A DNA stretch of 32,000 bases from Delftia acidovorans NBRC 14950 (lineage in GTDB: Bacteria; Pseudomonadota; Gammaproteobacteria; Burkholderiales; Burkholderiaceae_C): the NCBI RefSeq assembly GCF_001598795.1, contig NZ_BCZP01000006.1, forward strand, positions 270,001-302,000, read 5' to 3'. Position numbers and translations under genes: made by a program. Positions 25,570-32,000 of the stretch are shown piece by piece. A model generated the notes under the pieces. The model was not told where the DNA came from and did no database searches. It worked only from the letters and a program-made list of their open reading frames with translations. Numbering within the stretch: the first letter of the stretch is position 1; each line of letters opens with the position of its first letter.

Positions 25570-26696
25570 GTGGCGGACACTCCCGCCTTTGCGGCCTCGC
25601 GGGCCAGCAATGAGGGCACGGCGACACGCAGCAGGCCCACGGGCTCGGGCGGCATGGCGCCCCAGTCAGCCTCGGAGGGCGGGCTGTCGCCTGCGCCGTT
25701 GGCCGTGGATTCTGCAGGCGGCCGGCTTTGTGCCGGCGACTGCGAAGGCGGATTCGATGGCGCTTGCTGTGGGGATGGCTGCTGCTGCGGCTGCGGCGCC
25801 CCCGGCTTGCGGCGGTGCACCAGCACCAGCTCGGCCACGGCCTGCACATGGTCGGGCGTGACCTCGGCATCTCCCAGCCAGGCGGCCCAGGCGCGGGCGG
25901 CGCGCAGCAGCACCAGGTCGGCGCGCAGGCCGTCCACCTGGGCGGCAATGCACAGCGCGCCCGCGGCCTGCAGCACATAGTCGGACCAGGGCAGCGCGCC
26001 GGCCGGCTGCAGGCGCTCGCGTGCCGTGCGCAGCTGCGCGGCGAGCGCGGCCTGGGCGTCTGCATGGCGGGCGCGGAAGGCTGCGGGGTCGGCATCGAAC
26101 AGCAGCCGCGCGCGCACGATGGCCTGGCGCTGGGCCGCATCCTCCACATTGGCCAGGCGCACGCACAGGCCCAGGCGGTCCAGCAGCTGCGGGCGCAGCT
26201 GGCCTTCCTCGGGGTTCATGGTGCCCACCAGCACGAAGCGCGCCGCGTGGCGGTGCGAGATGCCGTCGCGCTCGACCACGTTGACGCCGCTGGCGGCGGC
26301 ATCCAGCAGCACATCGACCAGGGCATCGGGCAGCAGGTTGATCTCGTCCACATAGAGCACGCCGCCATGGGCGCGCGCCAGCAGGCCGGGCGCGAATTTG
26401 AGTGCATGGCCGGCCATGGCCTGGCCCAGGTCCAGCGAGCCGGCCAGATGCTCCAGCGAGGCGCCCAGCGGCAGCGTGACGAAGGGCGCGGCATCGATGA
26501 GCTCGGCCAGGGCGCGCGCGGCCGTGGACTTGGCCGTGCCGCGCGGCCCCTCGATCAGCACGCCGCCCAGTTGCGGGTCGATGGCGGCCAGCAGCAGCGC
26601 CTGGCACAGCAGGGGCTGGCCGGCAATGGCGGCAAAGGGAAACAGCGGCGGCAGCGCGGGCTGGGCGCCGCTGCCCAGGTCAGGGGAGGCGGTCAT
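25557..26696 (-). CDS. chlI: ChlI/BchI-type AAA+ chelatase ATPase with C-terminal Pro/Gln-rich linker (zero-frame product, 379 aa; small subunit)
   Basis: Walker A GPRGTAKST, Walker B VLYVDEINLL, then VERDGIS, VGTMNPEEG and LRPQLLDRLGL, followed by the linker KPGAPQPQQQPSPQQAPSNPPSQSP. ATGA overlap with the cobN stop. The frame stops one codon after an A7 run. Confidence 0.85.
   Translation of the reverse strand: MTASPDLGSGAQPALPPLFPFAAIAGQPLLCQALLLAAIDPQLGGVLIEGPRGTAKSTAARALAELIDAAPFVTLPLGASLEHLAGSLDLGQAMAGHALKFAPGLLARAHGGVLYVDEINLLPDALVDVLLDAAASGVNVVERDGISHRHAARFVLVGTMNPEEGQLRPQLLDRLGLCVRLANVEDAAQRQAIVRARLLFDADPAAFRARHADAQAALAAQLRTARERLQPAGALPWSDYVLQAAGALCIAAQVDGLRADLVLLRAARAWAAWLGDAEVTPDHVQAVAELVLVHRRKPGAPQPQQQPSPQQAPSNPPSQSPAQSRPPAESTANGAGDSPPSEADWGAMPPEPVGLLRVAVPSLLAREAAKAGVSATKKA
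25563..25569 (-). promoter_or_regulatory. Candidate -1 frameshift (or transcriptional slippage) heptamer A AAA AAA
   Basis: The zero frame reads ACA AAA AAA GCC TGA, and the -1 frame reads CAC AAA AAA AGC CTG. GGGAG (25584-25580) lies 10 nt upstream. Confidence 0.6.
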
Positions 26697-29600
26697 CCGC
26701 GCAATCCTTCGAGGTGGTTTTCATGTTCCAGCAGCAGGTCTTCCAGCTGCTGGCGATAGTCGCCGGGCTGCTCCCACAGGCCGCGCTGCATGGCTTCGAG
26801 CAGGCGCTCCAGCATGTCGCGCAGGGCCTGCGGATTGTGCTGCACGAGAAAGTCGCGCGTGGCCGCATCCAGCACATAGGCATCGGCCACCAGGGCGTAC
26901 TGGTGGTCGCCCACCTGCTGCGTGGTGGCATCGAAGCCGAAGAGATAGTCCACCGTGGCCGCCATCTCGAAGGCGCCCTTGTAGCCGTGGCGCTTGGCGC
27001 CGTCCATCCACTTGGGATTGGTGACGCGCGAGCGCACCACGCGCGCAATCTCTTCCTTGAGCGAGCGCACGCGCGGCTGGGCCGGGTTGGCGTGGTCGCC
27101 GTGGTAGAGCGCGGGCTGGCGGCCCGAGAGGTGGCGCACGGCCGAGGCCATGCCGCCCTGGAACTGGAAGTAGTCGCCCGAGTCGAGGATGTCGTGCTCG
27201 CGGCTGTCCTGGTTGTGGGCCACCACGTCGAGCTCGCCCAGGCGGCGGCGCAGCGCATCGCCTGCGGGCACGCCCTCGGCGTCCTGGCCGTAGGCGTGCT
27301 GGCTCCAGCCCAGGTAGGCCTGGGCCAGGTCGGCATCGCCCTGCCAATCACCGCTCTGGAACAGTCCGCCCAGGCCCGATCCATAGTGGCCGGGCGGCGC
27401 GCCGAACACGCGCCAGCCGGCCTGCAGGCGGGCCTGCACGGCGTCCATGCCCTGCGCCTGCAGTTGCTCGGCCTCGGCCAGGATGCGCGCGCGTATGGGG
27501 TTGTCCTCGGCGTCTTCGTCCAGCGCGGCCACGGCCTGCACGGCCGCATCGAACATCTGCACGGCGCCCGGGAAGGCGTCGCGGAAAAAGCCCGAGATGC
27601 GCAGCGTCACATCCACGCGCGGCCGGCCCATGCCCACGCGCGGCACCACCTCGAAGTCCACCACGCGCTGGCTGCCGGACGCCCATTTGGGGCGCACGCC
27701 GATCAGCGCAAAGGCCTGGGCGATGTCGTCGCCGCCCGTGCGCATGGTGGCCGTGCCCCAGACCGACAGGCCCAGGGTGCGCGGGTACTCGCCATGCTCC
27801 TGCAGATAGCGCTCCAGCAGCCTGAGCGTGGCCTGCTGGCCCAGCTCCCAGGCGGCCTGGGTGGGAATGGCGCGCGTGTCCAGCGTGTAGAAATTGCGCC
27901 CCGTGGGCAGCACGTCGGGCCGCCCGCGCGAGGGTGAGCCGCTGGGCCCGGGCGGCACGAAGCGGCCCTGCAGCCCGCGCAGCAGCTGGCGCAGTTCCTC
28001 GCCGCCGCAGGCATCCAGCGCGGGCGCCAGCACGGCATGCACCTGTTCCAGCGCGGCGCGTGTCTGCGGCCAGTCACCGGCCGGGGCCTCACCTTCCAGC
28101 AGTTGCTGGGCCAGCAGTTCCAGGCGCTCGCGCGTGTCGCCCTCATGGCGCCAGGGCTCGTCGCTCACGGCCTGCAGGGCGGCGGGGCGCGCGCCGATCC
28201 AGGGGCGTGCAGGCTCCATGCGCAGCGGGTCGAACCCGGGGCTGTCCAGCAGGTCGGCGGCCAGCGCCTGTATCAGGCCCTGGCCTTCGTCCGACGGGAA
28301 GCGCGCCAGCGCCAGCAGCGTGTCGCGGCGCTGGCGCCCTTGCGGCGAGGCGCCGAAGACATGCAGGCCGTCGCGGATCTGGGTTTCCTTGAGCTCGCAC
28401 AGGTAGGCGTCTATGCGTTCGAGCACGGCATCGTCGTCCTGCGCGGCACCGGGCGCCAGGTCCAGCTCCTGGTCCAGGTGCTGGCGGCGCACGATGTCCA
28501 GGATCTGGCGGCGCAGCAGCGCGCCGCGCCGCGCATCGACCAGCAGGGCATCGTAGTACTCGTCCACCAGGCGCTCCAGGTCCTGCAGCGGGCCGTGGTT
28601 TTCGGCGCGCGTCAGCGGCGGCATCAGGTGGTCGATGATCACGGCCTGGCTGCGGCGCTTGGCCTGGGCGCCTTCGCCGGGATCGTTGACGATGAAGGGG
28701 TACAGGTGCGGCAGCGGGCCCAGGATGGCATCGGGCCAGCACGCGCCCGACAGCGCCAGGCTCTTGCCCGGCAGCCATTCGAGGTTGCCATGCTTGCCCA
28801 CGTGGACCATGGCGTCCACGGCAAAGCGGTCGCGCAGCCAGAAGTAGAAGGCCAGGTAGCCGTGGGGCGGCACCAGCTCGGCATCGTGGTAGCTCGCATA
28901 GTCCTGCGCGCCCATGCCTTTACCGCCCAATGCACGCGCCGGCTGTATGCCGACAAAGACATGGCCCAGGCGCAGGCCCGCGATCATGAAGCGGCCCTGG
29001 CGCAGCAGCGGGTCGGCCTCGGGCGCGCCCCAGCGCGCAGTGATGGCGTCGGCCATGCCGTCCGGCAGCGCGGCCAGGCGCGCCAGGTACTCGTCCAGCG
29101 CATAGCTTTGCCAAGCCGGGCGCAGCGGCCACTGGGCTGGGTCGTTGGCAATGCCCTGCTGCAGGGTGTGCATCAGCGCCTCGCCATCGGCGGGCAGCTG
29201 CGCGGGGTCGCCCAGCTCGTGTCCTTCGGCAGCCAGGTGCTGCAGGATGGCGATCACCGAGGCCGGCGTATCCAGCCCCACGCCGCTGCCGATGCGGCCT
29301 TCGCTGCCCGGATAGTTGGCCAGCACCAGGGCCAGGCGCTTGTCGCGCGCGGGCAGGCTGCGCAGGCGGCACCAGCGCCAGGCCAGGTCGGCCACGAAAT
29401 CCACGCGGTCGGGCTCGGGCTGGTAGGCCACCACGTCGGCCTGGGTGAAGGCGCAGCGGTGGGACAGGCCCTTGAAGCTGATGGCGCGCGTGATGATGCG
29501 GCCATCCATCTCCGGCAGCACCACCTGCATGGCGATGTCGCGCGGGCGCAGGCCCTGGCTGTCGGCCCACCAGTCCTCGCGGTTGCCACCGCTGGCAATG

Positions 29601-30517
29601 ACTTGCAGCACGGGCGCATCGCCGGCCAGGGCCGTGCCCGATTCCAGCGCCGAGAACGCCGTGGTGTTGAGCACCAGCTGCACGGCATGGTCTTCGCAGA
29701 GCTGGCGCAGGGTGGCCAGGCACAGCGGGTCCTTGAGCGAGTCCAGCGCCACGGGCAGCGGGTTCATGCCGCGCTGCTGCAGCGACAGGGCCATGGCGTC
29801 GAAGGCCGCCGTATTGCCCGCCAGCAGGTGGGAGCGGTAGAACACCAGGGCCACGGTGGGCGCGCCCGGCGTCCAGGCGCGCTGCAGGTCGTCGATGCCG
29901 GCCACGTCATGGGCATGGGCCTGGACCTGGGCATGGCTCCGGGCAGCGAACAGCGCGGGGGGAACGTGGACAGCCGCCTGCGGCAGGGTGCGCGGCGGCA
30001 GCGGCGCATCGCCCCGGTCCAGCCCGTGGTAGACGGTGGCCTTGAGGAATTCGCGCGCATTGGCCGCGCCGCCCGAGCGCAGGTATTGCCACAGCTGGCG
30101 GCAGGCGGCGGCCGGCAGCGTGCTGCGCGCCAGCAGGTGCGGGTCTTCCTGCAGGTCACCCGAGAACATGGCCAGGCGCTGGCCCTTGCGGCGCGCCAGA
30201 GAGCCGATCTGCTCGATGCCGTAGGGCCAGGCCGATTCCGAGCCCAGGTGGTCCACGATGACCACGCGCGCATGGCGCAGCACCTCGTCCACATACAGGT
30301 CCAGCGAGGCCGGCTGGCGCAGGTACAGCAGATTGGCCAGCCGCACCGAAGGAAAGTCCGCCGACGCCCCGGCCAGCGCGGCCACGGCCGAGGACAGCAG
30401 GGCCAGCGTGGTGTCGGCCGAGCTCAGGATGACGATGTCGGCCGGCGTCTGGTCGAGGCGGGTGACGATGCTCTCGTCCTCGACGAAGCCGCCGGGGCGC
30501 GTGGACAGCAGGTGCAT
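26693..30517 (-). CDS. cobN: Cobaltochelatase large subunit CobN
   Basis: 1274 aa, matching CobN in length. The N-terminal ADIVILSSADTTL stretch and CobN/ChlH-type sequence run throughout. Confidence 0.9.
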   Translation of the reverse strand: MHLLSTRPGGFVEDESIVTRLDQTPADIVILSSADTTLALLSSAVAALAGASADFPSVRLANLLYLRQPASLDLYVDEVLRHARVVIVDHLGSESAWPYGIEQIGSLARRKGQRLAMFSGDLQEDPHLLARSTLPAAACRQLWQYLRSGGAANAREFLKATVYHGLDRGDAPLPPRTLPQAAVHVPPALFAARSHAQVQAHAHDVAGIDDLQRAWTPGAPTVALVFYRSHLLAGNTAAFDAMALSLQQRGMNPLPVALDSLKDPLCLATLRQLCEDHAVQLVLNTTAFSALESGTALAGDAPVLQVIASGGNREDWWADSQGLRPRDIAMQVVLPEMDGRIITRAISFKGLSHRCAFTQADVVAYQPEPDRVDFVADLAWRWCRLRSLPARDKRLALVLANYPGSEGRIGSGVGLDTPASVIAILQHLAAEGHELGDPAQLPADGEALMHTLQQGIANDPAQWPLRPAWQSYALDEYLARLAALPDGMADAITARWGAPEADPLLRQGRFMIAGLRLGHVFVGIQPARALGGKGMGAQDYASYHDAELVPPHGYLAFYFWLRDRFAVDAMVHVGKHGNLEWLPGKSLALSGACWPDAILGPLPHLYPFIVNDPGEGAQAKRRSQAVIIDHLMPPLTRAENHGPLQDLERLVDEYYDALLVDARRGALLRRQILDIVRRQHLDQELDLAPGAAQDDDAVLERIDAYLCELKETQIRDGLHVFGASPQGRQRRDTLLALARFPSDEGQGLIQALAADLLDSPGFDPLRMEPARPWIGARPAALQAVSDEPWRHEGDTRERLELLAQQLLEGEAPAGDWPQTRAALEQVHAVLAPALDACGGEELRQLLRGLQGRFVPPGPSGSPSRGRPDVLPTGRNFYTLDTRAIPTQAAWELGQQATLRLLERYLQEHGEYPRTLGLSVWGTATMRTGGDDIAQAFALIGVRPKWASGSQRVVDFEVVPRVGMGRPRVDVTLRISGFFRDAFPGAVQMFDAAVQAVAALDEDAEDNPIRARILAEAEQLQAQGMDAVQARLQAGWRVFGAPPGHYGSGLGGLFQSGDWQGDADLAQAYLGWSQHAYGQDAEGVPAGDALRRRLGELDVVAHNQDSREHDILDSGDYFQFQGGMASAVRHLSGRQPALYHGDHANPAQPRVRSLKEEIARVVRSRVTNPKWMDGAKRHGYKGAFEMAATVDYLFGFDATTQQVGDHQYALVADAYVLDAATRDFLVQHNPQALRDMLERLLEAMQRGLWEQPGDYRQQLEDLLLEHENHLEGLRG

Positions 30518-30546
30518 GGAACAGGTTTCAGTGCGGAATCGGAAGG

Positions 30547-31596
30547 TCAGGCGGCCACATTCTCCAGGCCCTTGCGCAGCGCTGCTTCGTCAAGGTCTTG
30601 CCCGATGAACACCAGGCGCGTGCCGCGTGCCTCGCCCTCGCGCCAGGCGCGGTCGAAATGGTGGTCGAAGCGGCGGCCCACGCCCTGCAGCAGCCAGCGC
30701 ATGGGCTTGCCCGGGATCTCTGCAAAGCCCTTGACGCGCAGGATGCTGTGCTGCTCCACCAGCGTCTCCAGCGCGGCCAGCAGGCGGTCGCGGTCCACGG
30801 CGGGCAGGTCGATCACGTAGGAGTCGAAGTCGTCGTGGTCATGGTCCTCGTCGTGGTCATGGTGGCTCACGCGCTGGTCGATGGTGGTCTCGGCCGCCTT
30901 GGCCAGGCCCAGCACCACGTCCAGCGGCAGGCGGCCCTGGGACGATTGCACGATCTTGACCTCGGGCGGCAGCTCCTCGCGCACCAGGGCGGTCACGCGG
31001 GCCAGGGCCTCGGCATCGGCCAGGTCGGTCTTGTTGAGCACCACCAGGTCGGCCGCGCCCAGCTGGTCCTCGAACAGTTCGTGCAGCGGCGATTCGTGGT
31101 CCAGGTTGGGGTCGGCGCGGCGCAGCTCGTCCACGGCCTGGGGATTGGCGGCGAACTGGCCGCTGGCGGCCGCTGGCGTGTCCACCACGGTGACCACCGC
31201 GTCCACGGTGAACACGTTGGCGATCTCGGGCCACTGGAAGGCCTGGACCAGGGGCTTGGGCAGGGCCAGGCCCGAGGTCTCGATGATCACGGCATCGATC
31301 TGGTCGCGGCGCTCGGCCAGCGCGCGCATCACGGGGAAGAACTCTTCCTGCACCGTGCAGCACATGCAGCCGTTGGCCAGCTCGTACAGCGCGCCTTCGC
31401 GCTCGTTGCCGTCGTCGTCGCAGCCGATGCCGCAGCCCTTGAGGATCTCGCCGTCGATGCCCAGCTCGCCGAACTCGTTGACGATCACAGCGATTCGCCG
31501 GCCATCGGCGTTGTCCAGGATGTGGCGCAGCAGCGTGGTCTTGCCGCTGCCCAGGAAGCCGGTGACGATGGTGGCGGGAATCTTGGCGGTTTGCAT
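30547..31596 (-). CDS. cobW: CobW (COG0523 G3E-family metallochaperone GTPase)
   Basis: P-loop GFLGSGKTTLL, CxCC motif GCMCCTV, and a His/Asp-rich stretch HHDHDEDHDHDD. GGAG lies 8 nt upstream of the ATG. Confidence 0.9.
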   Translation of the reverse strand: MQTAKIPATIVTGFLGSGKTTLLRHILDNADGRRIAVIVNEFGELGIDGEILKGCGIGCDDDGNEREGALYELANGCMCCTVQEEFFPVMRALAERRDQIDAVIIETSGLALPKPLVQAFQWPEIANVFTVDAVVTVVDTPAAASGQFAANPQAVDELRRADPNLDHESPLHELFEDQLGAADLVVLNKTDLADAEALARVTALVREELPPEVKIVQSSQGRLPLDVVLGLAKAAETTIDQRVSHHDHDEDHDHDDFDSYVIDLPAVDRDRLLAALETLVEQHSILRVKGFAEIPGKPMRWLLQGVGRRFDHHFDRAWREGEARGTRLVFIGQDLDEAALRKGLENVAA

Positions 31597-31623
31597 GGAA
31601 GGTTCTCCAGAAAAAAGAGGAAG

Positions 31624-32000
31624 TCAGACGGTGGCGAAAGGCACGGCGCTGCGCAATGAAGGGAGAACCTCCTGCGCAAACAGTTCCATGCCGGCGAGGG
31701 CCTGGGCATCGCTCCACAGGCCGTTGGCGTTGAAGACGCAGCGCAGCTGGCCAATGCCCGTGCGCTCGCGCAATGCGGTGATCTGCGCATGGCACTGCTC
31801 GGGCGTGCCATGGATGAATTGTTCGGCCAGCACGCGCGGCACATCGATGGGCAGCACCTGGTCGGCCGGCACGCCGCGCTTGCCCGCAAAGTACACGCGC
31901 CGCTGGTACAGCTGCGGCCACAGCGTGGCCAGCTGGGCCTGCACGGCGGCCTCATCGGCACCGATGCAGACATAGCGCGCCAGCGATGAACGCGCACGCA
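31624..32000 (-). CDS. C-terminal part of a probable LLM-class (luciferase-like) flavin-dependent oxidoreductase; 5' end outside the window
   Basis: The frame is open to the window edge. The C-terminal ...FIHGTPEQCHAQITALRERTGIGQL..F pattern resembles LLM C-termini. The assignment is tentative. Confidence 0.45.
   Translation of the reverse strand, partial: RARSSLARYVCIGADEAAVQAQLATLWPQLYQRRVYFAGKRGVPADQVLPIDVPRVLAEQFIHGTPEQCHAQITALRERTGIGQLRCVFNANGLWSDAQALAGMELFAQEVLPSLRSAVPFATV

Noticed and set aside
31597-31623. Looked for a cobalamin riboswitch upstream of cobW.
   Set aside because: Only 27 nt separate cobW from the preceding gene's stop codon. That is too short for a B12 riboswitch aptamer, and none of its conserved core could be placed there.

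Overview
About 68% GC chromosomal DNA, probably Burkholderiales/Comamonadaceae-like; that is inferred from composition and a Bug-family binding protein, not from any search. I support 24 protein-coding features (23 loci; the frameshifted chelatase gene is listed as two frames). No rRNA, tRNA, CRISPR array or transposase was seen. Left to right: (1) a 5'-truncated 5'-nucleotidase. (2) A 1.25-kb non-coding gap with structured repeat elements bracketing an orphan 89-aa ORF and a clean intrinsic terminator. (3) A six-gene minus-strand operon: DUF969, DUF979, pcp, pxpA, fused pxpB-pxpC, and a fused biotin carboxylase-BCCP. (4) Two orphan solute-binding proteins, a threonine aldolase and a GntR regulator. 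(5) A DUF4148/DoxX pair. (6) A membrane/[2Fe-2S]/class III nucleotide cyclase transcribed divergently from a CRP-family regulator. (7) An ABC-F ATPase. (8) An RND permease with no adaptor or outer-membrane partner, next to an OmpR-type two-component system. (9) A cobalamin cluster: LLM oxidoreductase (partial), cobW, cobN and a chlI/chlD-type gene. The strongest finding is in that last gene. The AAA+ ATPase and the vWA/MIDAS domain are in different frames and meet at an A AAA AAA heptamer. A GGGAG sits 10 nt upstream and a 13-bp GC-rich stem-loop starts 6 nt downstream, which is a dnaX-like -1 programmed frameshift signal. It would yield both the small and the medium chelatase subunit from one gene. 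The long antisense ORFs in the track are treated as high-GC mirror-frame artefacts.
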